DNA from: a virus
Virus record (IMG/VR): IMGVR_UViG_3300035070_002905
Span: 32,001 to 96,000 of that record
Length of the DNA: 64,000 nucleotides
Reading direction: 5' to 3' (one strand)
Below are positions 17,818-26,555 of the stretch, piece after piece. Numbering within the stretch: the stretch's first letter is position 1; each line of letters begins with the position of its first letter. A model generated the notes under the pieces. That model worked only from the letters and a program-made list of their open reading frames with translations, did not search any database and was not told where the DNA came from. The translations under genes were made by a program, and so were the position numbers.

Positions 17818-18348
17818 CTAATGTATACCAATCGACACCGACTTGAATATCACATCGGTTATCGACTGACCGTCGTTCTGTACTATGGCAAAGCGAATCT
17901 TATCGCTCGTGTTAAGTTCCAGCGAGAACTCTACCGACTGAGTGGAATCCCGGTTATTACGCGAGTGTTCGAACATGGTAGGCAGTCCGGCGATACGCCA
18001 GGTTGCTCCACCGTCTCTACTTACGAATGGCGTAATTGCCATCTCTCGGTTGGCCTGGGCTAGGTTAACGATAAACCTGCCGATTATGACGAATGGATTC
18101 ACGGAGAATCCACCTTGATATGTAACAGTGCCGTCTGTGGGATCTACAGTAAACTGATTCCCTTGGACTAGCGTGAACTCTGCAGGGTTGGCTACTTCAA
18201 TCTTAGAGTATAGACTGTAGGTATTCACCGATCCGCCCGAGGTAATCAGGTCGGTTATAGGTGTGGTTACTGCTGTATTCTCCCCGGTCAGCCCGAGGAT
18301 AGTTCGCATGTGTGGACTGGGTGCTCCGATGACCGTTGATAGAATCAT
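17818..18348 (-). CDS. Hypothetical beta-rich (probably virion) protein
   Basis: Last gene of the late-strand block; T/V/S-rich. Confidence 0.6.
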   Translation of the reverse strand: MILSTVIGAPSPHMRTILGLTGENTAVTTPITDLITSGGSVNTYSLYSKIEVANPAEFTLVQGNQFTVDPTDGTVTYQGGFSVNPFVIIGRFIVNLAQANREMAITPFVSRDGGATWRIAGLPTMFEHSRNNRDSTQSVEFSLELNTSDKIRFAIVQNDGQSITDVIFKSVSIGIH

Positions 18349-18653
18349 TACACCCCCGAATGAGTGGCCTTTAGGAATATAGGAGCTGCACCATCGTAAT
18401 CCGTTACGGTAACGAATAGCGGGCTCTTGAATCCTAGGACTACTTCAACTGAAAAATCTGTGGTATGTGTACCGCCGACAGGAAGTGTAGTCACAGGAGA
18501 TTTCTCTCCGTTTACTTCCAACTGCGTCTGCAGCTCTACTCGAGTGGTTGTACCCCAATCTCCTAGACAGGTCACGATCTCACGACCGGTAATCGAACTG
18601 TCCAACAACATGAATTCTGATACATCCCCTTCTATTTTTAGCTCTCTTGCCAT
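18348..18653 (-). CDS. Hypothetical (probably virion) protein
   Basis: SD GGAG precedes the ATG at 18653; the ORF-track start at 18743 runs through an RNA structure. Confidence 0.6.
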   Translation of the reverse strand: MARELKIEGDVSEFMLLDSSITGREIVTCLGDWGTTTRVELQTQLEVNGEKSPVTTLPVGGTHTTDFSVEVVLGFKSPLFVTVTDYDGAAPIFLKATHSGV

Positions 18654-18666
18654 ATGCTTTCTCCAT

Positions 18667-18743
18667 AAAAGAAAAGGCACCCGAAGGTGCCTCGATGAGT
18701 GGCCAGCCCGAGGTAAAGGAGGAAATCCCCGAACCGGCGCCAT
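18667..18743 (-). ncRNA. Candidate small RNA/leader with an anti-Shine-Dalgarno hairpin loop and its own terminator
   Basis: Class B promoter motif at 18749-18755; 12-bp stem (4 G-U pairs on the - strand) around loop AUUUCCUCCUUUA; then AGGCACC-UUCG-GGUGCCU-UUUCUUUU. Confidence 0.55.
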
Positions 18744-18748
18744 ACTCT

Positions 18749-18755
18749 TATTTTA
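18749..18755 (-). promoter_or_regulatory. Class B (late) promoter-like motif TAAAATA
   Basis: The same motif lies upstream of - strand genes at 21068, 24817, 26457, 30686, 34644, 55687 and 57394, and on + at 57417 and 57499. Confidence 0.65.
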
Positions 18756-18760
18756 CTACA

Positions 18761-21025
18761 CTATAAGGGGTATGCAGTAGGTGTACCGTCGGAAGCTACT
18801 CCTAATCGGTACCTGCTCCCGTTAGGTGCAAGCATATCTACTCCATCATACGCGAATATCTCTCGGAATCTATTAGTGACAGAGCCTAGATCGTATGCAT
18901 TATTAGAAGTAGGAGTTACGCTAGTAGTTTCTAGGTTAAGATTCCCGAATCTGCGGCCTGGGCTATAGTCTTGACTTGGGACGTCTGTAAATTTCACACC
19001 CCCTATGGCATTTGCGAATCCAGATACTCTAGCATTATTCTCCGAGTTGTACACTGTAATGAACACTGATGTGTTGGCCCGGAACTGTGCTATGGATACT
19101 TCCTGAGATACAACCTCGTCGGTGTGTAGATTGAATACCGTATCGAAACACTGATCTCTGGTTAGTGACTGAGTTACTAAATGGTTGACGGATCCGATTT
19201 GCTTAATATCAAATGTACACCTATAGGTAGCGAAGCCTTGGTCTGGACTAGATCCGTCATCTTTCCACGAGGTATTGTTATAGAGTGCACTTACCGTAGT
19301 CCCACCCGTCTGATGTTCATAAGTACCCTGGAAGCTTACATTAGTGCATATCCCTTGGATAAAGGAATTGATAGCTACTGTATTGGCATTGTATACATGA
19401 ACGTTAGAGATTACTGCGTTCGCACCTCGGTCGAAACGGATAGGCTGCCTGATGTTGTTGCCTGATACATTAGATATGGTACATGATTGAGAGTCGGCAG
19501 AGTGGGGGTACCCTGCTCCATTACCGAATATAGCTATTAGTTTCTCGCAGTCTGCGCCAACTACGTTAGATACTACTACGTTATTCTTTCTAGATCCGGT
19601 ATACCCATTAATAGCGAATACTGTATCGACCAGCGTACAGTACAATCCGTCTATGATAATATTGGCAGGTGCACCGGTATTACCCTCTACTATAACACCC
19701 CTACCTCCTCCACGTACAGCATCCCAGGATGCGTTGCGTACTACAGTATTATAGACACGTATTTCTGAAGTGTTATCACGAATGATAAACCCTGAGTTGG
19801 CTGCGAAATTACCACAGTCAATATCTAGATCGTGCACGTCGATATTCGTTGCATCCCACGCCATGAATACTGACTCGTATCCCGTAAGAATACCGGTAGC
19901 AATGAATGTACCTCTATTATAAAACTTAGTGTTACTACGGAACTCAAGTGCAGCCGATACATTATAAGTGCCTTCTGGAACAAATATATGTCCTGCCAGA
20001 TCTAGAGCAGCTTGAATAGCAGCTGTATCATCCGCTACACCATCACCTACCGCACCGAAGTCCTTGACGTTCACTACATCGGCAAAACGATCGCCTAGAG
20101 TACGGCTTACTGTAGCGCCGGTAGATGTAACTTCAGCTTCCGTAACGATGTTACTAATGATCTCTACGCGACGATTATACGTCAGAGTAGCTGCGGCACC
20201 GGCAGAGTCTACGGCACTAACCGTCAGAGTATCTCCGACTACATTCCAGCTCTGTACCGTGTAGGTATCAGTCCAGTTATTACCGTACTCCCAGAGGACT
20301 CCTGCAGTCTCTAGGATAGAGTGATTGCCAGTAGTACTTTCGACCATTACACCGTCGGCAAGCGTCCAGCGGTTCAGACGAAGTCCGTTAGCCAGCACCT
20401 GACGCTGACGTCCGGTAGCTTGAATCCAGTAAGCGTAGCTCTCTTGGGTATCACGGAAGCGATCGGATAGAGACTTAGTAGAAGTCCCATCGTTCACTAC
20501 CATCGAGTTCGGATCGACCCATGCCAGACGACCGCCCTGAACGCCCTCTAGGGTGGTTCCAGCCGGGAAGGTATGAGTTAGTCGGATAGACGTCGCAGAG
20601 ATCACTGAGTAGTCTACAGGAGTCTCTAGACGGCCTCGATCGACTAGTGGACCGGAAACGTATACTTCCAGACCGTCGGTCTCGATAGACGTGAAGACTA
20701 TATCAGTCTGTCCGTCGGTTAGCGTATGGCTTTCGCCCTGCGCCTTGTTGAATGGGATCTCGTTCGCCAGTGCACGGCCTACTAGAAGAAGCTCATCGCC
20801 TGCCGTAAGGGCAGTCGTTAGAGTAATCGTCGAGCCTGCAGCATCACGAGTATAATCCTGTGTCGCACCGAATAGTAGGCGGGCACCGTTTAGATAGACC
20901 TCTTCCGCCCCGTCGATGAACGTCAGGTCGAATACAGTCTCGCCGCCTACAGCTACAAACTGCTGGCGGTCGATGATAGAACCGGCGCTAGTATAGTCAC
21001 CGGTAATGTTACTTAGTCTTGCCAT
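18761..21025 (-). CDS. Tailspike / depolymerase-type receptor-binding protein
   Basis: DVVNVKDFGAVGDGVADDTAAIQAA followed by beta-helix-like sequence; repeated N-terminal VYLNG/DY modules. Confidence 0.85.
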   Translation of the reverse strand: MARLSNITGDYTSAGSIIDRQQFVAVGGETVFDLTFIDGAEEVYLNGARLLFGATQDYTRDAAGSTITLTTALTAGDELLLVGRALANEIPFNKAQGESHTLTDGQTDIVFTSIETDGLEVYVSGPLVDRGRLETPVDYSVISATSIRLTHTFPAGTTLEGVQGGRLAWVDPNSMVVNDGTSTKSLSDRFRDTQESYAYWIQATGRQRQVLANGLRLNRWTLADGVMVESTTGNHSILETAGVLWEYGNNWTDTYTVQSWNVVGDTLTVSAVDSAGAAATLTYNRRVEIISNIVTEAEVTSTGATVSRTLGDRFADVVNVKDFGAVGDGVADDTAAIQAALDLAGHIFVPEGTYNVSAALEFRSNTKFYNRGTFIATGILTGYESVFMAWDATNIDVHDLDIDCGNFAANSGFIIRDNTSEIRVYNTVVRNASWDAVRGGGRGVIVEGNTGAPANIIIDGLYCTLVDTVFAINGYTGSRKNNVVVSNVVGADCEKLIAIFGNGAGYPHSADSQSCTISNVSGNNIRQPIRFDRGANAVISNVHVYNANTVAINSFIQGICTNVSFQGTYEHQTGGTTVSALYNNTSWKDDGSSPDQGFATYRCTFDIKQIGSVNHLVTQSLTRDQCFDTVFNLHTDEVVSQEVSIAQFRANTSVFITVYNSENNARVSGFANAIGGVKFTDVPSQDYSPGRRFGNLNLETTSVTPTSNNAYDLGSVTNRFREIFAYDGVDMLAPNGSRYRLGVASDGTPTAYPL

Positions 21026-21078
21026 TTAGGAATTCCTTATGTTATGAGGTCGCGATCCTCGTATACATATTTTAGCAG

Positions 21079-21101
21079 AAAGCCCTCGCGAGGAGGGCTT
21101 T
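21079..21101 (-). terminator. Terminator (near-identical copies at 26466-26489 and 55698-55722)
   Basis: AGCCCTC-N5-GAGGGCT hairpin. Confidence 0.7.
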
Positions 21102-21105
21102 GGGT

Positions 21106-22569
21106 TTATATACCGAGATGCTCTTTGATACTTGCTATATCTTTAGCTTGACGTTGGATTATCTCCCCTTGAATACCGATGAATTCCTGGTACCCTATAG
21201 TATATACGTCTTCGCCGCCGTTAACTGAGTGATGTTGTAGTCCTGCAAAGTCCACGTTGTGTCGTAGCATGGCCTCCTCTACTTGCTGAGCTATAGCTCC
21301 TATATGGTACCTAGAACCCGACCTAGAGCCGTCTTTATCTACTGCGGTTACAGTGCCATCGGCATCCGTATCCGCGTATGACTCTCGATAATCCATACGG
21401 TATTGTCTCCATTCTATATCCATGAAGAATGCTATATGATCGTCTGTTAAAGACTTAATATCAATCTTATCGCGCCTATCAGAACGATCTTGAACTGCAC
21501 CATACGCGTATGTCGTAGTACCAGTAGTACCTAGTTGTATTTGATCATTACCAGTTACAGTAGAAGCCTGACCTATAGCCGTAGTTCTCGAAAACGCATG
21601 ATTCCTATTAGCCAGGTATCCTAGAGAAGAATTATACGTTCCAGTCAGACCCTCACACGCCTGTCGACCGAAGCCGGTATTGCCCGTCCCTACTCCTACT
21701 CCATATCCTGCACGATATCCCATCAAAGTAAGGTTGCTAGAGTCTATGGCAGAAGAGTCCCCTCTATATGCCGCCTGGTATCCTACTGCCGTATTATTAA
21801 TAGCGTTACTGTTTTCCAAGACTCTAGAGCCTATTGCAACGTTGAAATCAGAAGCAGTCGTGGCATTTCCGAGGGAGTAATCCCCTACCGCAACTTGAGA
21901 GTCTCCGTCAGATCCCAGACCTGCATGATATCCTACGGCAGTCTGGTTAGCGCCGTTACTCTGGTATCCAGATTGCTTACCTATAGATACTTTATTATTA
22001 CCGGTGGCCTGTTCACCTGCCCTCCACCCAATACCTACAGATTCCTCAGAGGTCGTAGTGTTGCCTGAATAGGATCCTACCCAAACACCTCTACCTCCGT
22101 TAAGATGGTTCCCCGTCTCTGCACCTATGGCAACAGTAGAAGATGCTCCCGTAGAGTCGTGCAGAGCTAGTCTGCCTACTCCAACTGAGTAACCAGAGTC
22201 AAAAGTACTAGAGGATATATCTGCATCTTGACCTGCCTGAATACCAACGAACACCCCATTCTCCCCAGTGGATCGATATCCTGCACGATATCCCACTGCA
22301 GTCTTCTGATCCCCTGAAGTTCTATCGGATACTCCGAATAGTCCGTTGTTTACTTGCCCACCATCGGTAGCGCTATATGCCACTGGAGTAGGGTATTCAG
22401 TCGGGTCGATGTACACATAATTCCCATATAAAGCATGTCCCGGCACGCTGTTTCTATAGAGAGTCCCGGGGTTTACAGTGGAATCTACTGTTACTACTCC
22501 ACCCCAAGTTATTCCGAATGAGGAGTCCCCTTCGTCAATCATTCGGTTATTTACTTTTGTTAAAGCCAT
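21106..22569 (-). CDS. Tail fibre with YadA-head-like repeats and C-terminal intramolecular chaperone (S74-like)
   Basis: Many xAVGYxAG repeats; SDRRDKIDI cleavage motif; GAIAQQVE; terminal coiled coil. Confidence 0.85.
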   Translation of the reverse strand: MALTKVNNRMIDEGDSSFGITWGGVVTVDSTVNPGTLYRNSVPGHALYGNYVYIDPTEYPTPVAYSATDGGQVNNGLFGVSDRTSGDQKTAVGYRAGYRSTGENGVFVGIQAGQDADISSSTFDSGYSVGVGRLALHDSTGASSTVAIGAETGNHLNGGRGVWVGSYSGNTTTSEESVGIGWRAGEQATGNNKVSIGKQSGYQSNGANQTAVGYHAGLGSDGDSQVAVGDYSLGNATTASDFNVAIGSRVLENSNAINNTAVGYQAAYRGDSSAIDSSNLTLMGYRAGYGVGVGTGNTGFGRQACEGLTGTYNSSLGYLANRNHAFSRTTAIGQASTVTGNDQIQLGTTGTTTYAYGAVQDRSDRRDKIDIKSLTDDHIAFFMDIEWRQYRMDYRESYADTDADGTVTAVDKDGSRSGSRYHIGAIAQQVEEAMLRHNVDFAGLQHHSVNGGEDVYTIGYQEFIGIQGEIIQRQAKDIASIKEHLGI

Positions 22570-22579
22570 TTGTTACTCC

Positions 22580-24775
22580 TTAATCTACTATCTTACCTAC
22601 ACCGAGTATACGCCACACACCCAGGTCGTTATACAGAGTGGCAGATGAATGTGCCCCTGCCTGATTACCTACGGTAAGACCTGTAGATCCAAAATCTTGG
22701 GTAGGAGTATCAGGTAGGCTTACTTGCCAGCTATATCCTATTAAATGTACTATGCGACCGTACTCAACTCCGTCTACGTCTATTTCACATCCAGTCTTAG
22801 CACTAGATCCACCCGTCAATCGATACCTATCGATACCTTGAGTTAGGGATACTACCTGATCATTACTAGTCAGCGATAGAGTGGAATCGTGGAATACTGG
22901 AGGTATTCCACCAGACCCACGTATCGTGTTAGTACCACCATCATATTGGATAGTAGAGGTGTCGTAGAGTCTTACTGGCTCGGTATCTGCAGTAGTAGCC
23001 TGACAATTTGTAACTCTTAACGTAGAACCGCCGCGCAGATATATGATCCTACTGAAAGTAGAGTTATTCATATATAGAGTAGAGCCTTCATTAACTTCTG
23101 CAGGTTCTAAGTCGATATCAAACCAAGTCATAGTCATAGTACCGCCACTAGATACTTCTATACCGTCATTTATCTGTGAACGTACCGTCGAACTTAATCC
23201 GGCACATCTAACCGTCCCTCCTGCACCTACAAATACTCCTAAGCTGCCTGCGCCTGACGAGAACACGTGATTTAACTGAGTTGCGTCAGTCTGTACCATT
23301 TGGATCAACCCGTATAGGCACTGTACGTTTCTGATTAAAGCGCCGCGCAAAGTTGAGTTAGATATAGTAATTACATCACCGTCTGTTAGAGTAACGATAT
23401 TATAATCACAGTTACGTATCTTAGAGTCCTTGGTGATCTCAAGTTGGCCGTTTGACTCAGTGTAGGCTCCGTATGTCGCGAACCCACGCCCATCGATGAT
23501 TGTCTTAAATACGTGAACGTAAGTATCAGTACGATGTGCAACCAGTAATCCAGAAGACTTATTTACTCCGTTACTCTGTATGGTTATACCGTTTATACCG
23601 ATGTTACCCTTCTGAATATATACACCGTATTTGTAATCGGAAGTAGTCTCTATGATTACATTTTCAGGGTTAGTCAGATTGCCACGTATAGTTATTGCAC
23701 CGTCTAACTCATCTCCGTTACTAGATGACCTGTATGCTGTAACCTTACCATATCCATATAGAATGGCAGCCCTAGCTTGACTTGATGCAGGCTCTACGCT
23801 TTCATTGTATAGACCATCGGCTAGTTGAATAGTCTGAGGATGATATATGATTTCAGGGATAGAGTTCCACGCCATTTGAACGGTCTTAAAGGGGTTGGCC
23901 TGAGATCCATCCCCTGCAGTATCGCTACCTGTAGGAGATACATACCAAGTCACTTCTTCAGTAGTCCTTCCTGCCTTTTGAGTAATATCGTATGTCCAAT
24001 TCTCCATGGTACGAGGAGCTATAGACCCTGCAGCTACTGCCAGAGCCTCCGAAACGTCGGTACCCGGTAGCTCGCCTGGAGACACTGGACGGTAGAACGT
24101 TACGCTTACCTGCGCGCCTGCAGGAGGAGCCTCGGTGAACGAGATCTGTCCCGGAGCGGTAGTATAGCTGTCTACTGGAATCTGCACGACGCCGTCTACC
24201 GTTACCAGGAAGCTGGTCGCCGGAGATGAGTCTGCATGCGGTGCGTCGAATGTCGTCTTCGTGCCATCACCTAGTTGTACCGGTTGAAGTACTGGAAGCT
24301 GCTGCTCGGGTACATCTTGGCTAAGACCGGCGAAGCGGCTGTACGGACGGTAGGTTAGTGCACCTGAACCATCTCGTACCTGTACGTCTAGACGATCTCC
24401 TACCGGAGTACCGATTGATACTACCGTGAACGACTCGGTCGCCTCATCGTCCGGCCACCACAGTTGACCGAGGTGGAAGAATGTCGAGGTCTTGCCTGCC
24501 AGATCTACCTGCCAGACACCGGTAGCGTCCTTAGAGAATGGAGCGATTGTGGCACCTACTACGCCGACGGTAGATTTACGCCCGGTCAACGCCTCTTGAT
24601 CGTCCATCTTAGGAACGAATACGTTGCCCGATGGAAGCGGGAAGCCTTCGCTTAGGAAGTCTCCTGTAGCATCGACTACTACGCCGTCGATCAGGGCTGG
24701 GTCCAGAACTCGCACTGGAGTCCCGGTAAGAATACTCGCCAGCTGCAGCTGCGCAAGTGTATTGAATACCTTCAT
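22580..24775 (-). CDS. Tailspike / receptor-binding protein
   Basis: GDGTKTTFDAP module; WYVSPTGSD..GDGSQANPFKTVQ; beta-helix-like body. Confidence 0.8.
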   Translation of the reverse strand: MKVFNTLAQLQLASILTGTPVRVLDPALIDGVVVDATGDFLSEGFPLPSGNVFVPKMDDQEALTGRKSTVGVVGATIAPFSKDATGVWQVDLAGKTSTFFHLGQLWWPDDEATESFTVVSIGTPVGDRLDVQVRDGSGALTYRPYSRFAGLSQDVPEQQLPVLQPVQLGDGTKTTFDAPHADSSPATSFLVTVDGVVQIPVDSYTTAPGQISFTEAPPAGAQVSVTFYRPVSPGELPGTDVSEALAVAAGSIAPRTMENWTYDITQKAGRTTEEVTWYVSPTGSDTAGDGSQANPFKTVQMAWNSIPEIIYHPQTIQLADGLYNESVEPASSQARAAILYGYGKVTAYRSSSNGDELDGAITIRGNLTNPENVIIETTSDYKYGVYIQKGNIGINGITIQSNGVNKSSGLLVAHRTDTYVHVFKTIIDGRGFATYGAYTESNGQLEITKDSKIRNCDYNIVTLTDGDVITISNSTLRGALIRNVQCLYGLIQMVQTDATQLNHVFSSGAGSLGVFVGAGGTVRCAGLSSTVRSQINDGIEVSSGGTMTMTWFDIDLEPAEVNEGSTLYMNNSTFSRIIYLRGGSTLRVTNCQATTADTEPVRLYDTSTIQYDGGTNTIRGSGGIPPVFHDSTLSLTSNDQVVSLTQGIDRYRLTGGSSAKTGCEIDVDGVEYGRIVHLIGYSWQVSLPDTPTQDFGSTGLTVGNQAGAHSSATLYNDLGVWRILGVGKIVD

Positions 24776-24844
24776 GATATCTCCTTGTTAAGCCGGATGC
24801 CTCCGGTTTGTATTTATATTTTAGAGGCACCAGGATATTTGCAA

Positions 24845-26428
24845 TTAGGCGGCTATAGGACCGAAACCTTTCCACGTACCAGGAGTACCTGCGGTAACGC
24901 ATACCCAACCTTCATACCCACCAGCAGTGACTACTGAAGGGTCTGCATATACCTTATCCCCTACTTTCCACGTTGCCGCAGATCCTGGATTACCTACATC
25001 TGGCGGGTTAAAGTAGAAACCATTGACTATCTGTGCTATGGTCGAGGATCCGTAGTAGGCGAACTGCATATCCTGAGGCAGAGCGTTAGTATCTACTACT
25101 ACTCGCTGCCCGAACTGCTCCCCTTCTGCACTTATAAAAGCTCTACACGCAGTAGAGTTAAACACGGTATTACCTGATATAATACCGAATGAGTTAGCTG
25201 GTAGTGCAGGAGCTCCTGATGCGGTCTGAATGATATGGTTAGTACCACTCCCTAGACCGCATCTCTCGAATGTGTTATTAGAAACATTAAAACTTATAGC
25301 ATTCATGCGTATACCTGCACCTTCTATATTAGATAAAAGATTACCGGATATACTCAGGGTCTTTTGCGTCAGAGATCTGTTGTATAGGATCCCCGCACTA
25401 GATCCTGCATTAGAGTTGATAATAATGTTATCATCAATATTAACGTACTCTCCGCTCGATACTGCTATACCATAGCCGTCATATCCCTCTACAGTGTTAC
25501 CTACAACCTTACAGAATCCTACGTCTTCCATCAGGCATTCTATGCCGTACACACCCGACCCTTTGACCATATTACCTTCTATCAAGTAATCTCGCATATC
25601 CTTAACCCAGATGCCTGATCCGGCAGTAGTCTCTATGAAGTTATTTCGGATTATATGATTGCCATTGGCGTTTAATACCGGAGCGTTACCTGCGTCGAAT
25701 CGTATCCCTCTAGAGCTTGCAGGATTGACTGCATCACCTACTACATTGGTAATATGATTACCTTCTACATGAATCCTCTCAAAGATGTGTCCTACACCTT
25801 CGATGTTAATTCCGCCAGTACCCCAGATATTTACTATAGTATTATCCTGTACCCATATATCCGTGCCTGCAGATATAGCCACTCCATTACCGAAGTTGCC
25901 TATGGGATCGCTAGAGTCACCTATATTATAAATAGTGTTTCCTCGTATACGTACATCTGAAGGTGCCACCCCTACTGTCCCATATCCACAGTAGATACCA
26001 ACTCGATATGCGTCGTGGACTATGTTGTTCTCTATTAATATACGCTTAGATCCAGTGGTCACGTGTATAGGGAATGGGTCTCCTGATGTATAGGAGTACG
26101 CGTCTTTGTTTCCGTCAAACTCCAGCATAGTTATAGTTACGTCTGAAACTGTATCCATACGAAACTGGGCTCTAGATGTAGTAGCCCGTAAGATAGCACC
26201 TTTACCGTATAGACAAGTTAGGCTGGGTACAGCTATCGGATCTGAGTACATGTATACTCCAGGGGGAAATTTTACATGCCCACCGCTACTCACCGCCGCC
26301 TGAATAGCCGCAGTATCATCCGTTACGCCATCTCCTACGGCGCCAAAGTCTTTCACAGAGACGATTCCAGTTGACTCCGGTGTCAGTGCCTGGTAGCCTC
26401 TATCTGCTAGATCACGTGATCTTGTCAT
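24845..26428 (-). CDS. Tailspike with short N-terminal peptide
   Basis: MTRSRDLA then VSVKDFGAVGDGVTDDTAAIQAA; parallel beta-helix repeats; GWVCVTAGTPGTW tail. Confidence 0.85.
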   Translation of the reverse strand: MTRSRDLADRGYQALTPESTGIVSVKDFGAVGDGVTDDTAAIQAAVSSGGHVKFPPGVYMYSDPIAVPSLTCLYGKGAILRATTSRAQFRMDTVSDVTITMLEFDGNKDAYSYTSGDPFPIHVTTGSKRILIENNIVHDAYRVGIYCGYGTVGVAPSDVRIRGNTIYNIGDSSDPIGNFGNGVAISAGTDIWVQDNTIVNIWGTGGINIEGVGHIFERIHVEGNHITNVVGDAVNPASSRGIRFDAGNAPVLNANGNHIIRNNFIETTAGSGIWVKDMRDYLIEGNMVKGSGVYGIECLMEDVGFCKVVGNTVEGYDGYGIAVSSGEYVNIDDNIIINSNAGSSAGILYNRSLTQKTLSISGNLLSNIEGAGIRMNAISFNVSNNTFERCGLGSGTNHIIQTASGAPALPANSFGIISGNTVFNSTACRAFISAEGEQFGQRVVVDTNALPQDMQFAYYGSSTIAQIVNGFYFNPPDVGNPGSAATWKVGDKVYADPSVVTAGGYEGWVCVTAGTPGTWKGFGPIAA

Positions 26429-26494
26429 TTTGTTTCTCCTTATGTTCAGTATACCTTATTTTACGAAAAAGCCCTCACGAGGAGGGCTTGGGGT

Positions 26495-26545
26495 TTAGTC
26501 GACGGACGCGCCGTCAATCATTCTGTTATTTCCTTTTGTTAACAT
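26495..26545 (-). CDS. 16-aa mini-ORF MLTKGNNRMIDGASVD (copy of the fibre N-terminal peptide, or gene remnant)
   Basis: SD TAAGGAG; matches MALTKVNNRMID of 21106..22569; same downstream terminator. Confidence 0.6.
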   Translation of the reverse strand: MLTKGNNRMIDGASVD

Positions 26546-26555
26546 TTATTGCTCC

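Noticed and set aside
18654-18743. 30-aa N-terminal extension given by the ORF track
   Set aside because: No SD, it runs through a hairpin and terminator, and a good SD precedes the ATG at 18653. Kept only as an alternative leaderless model.
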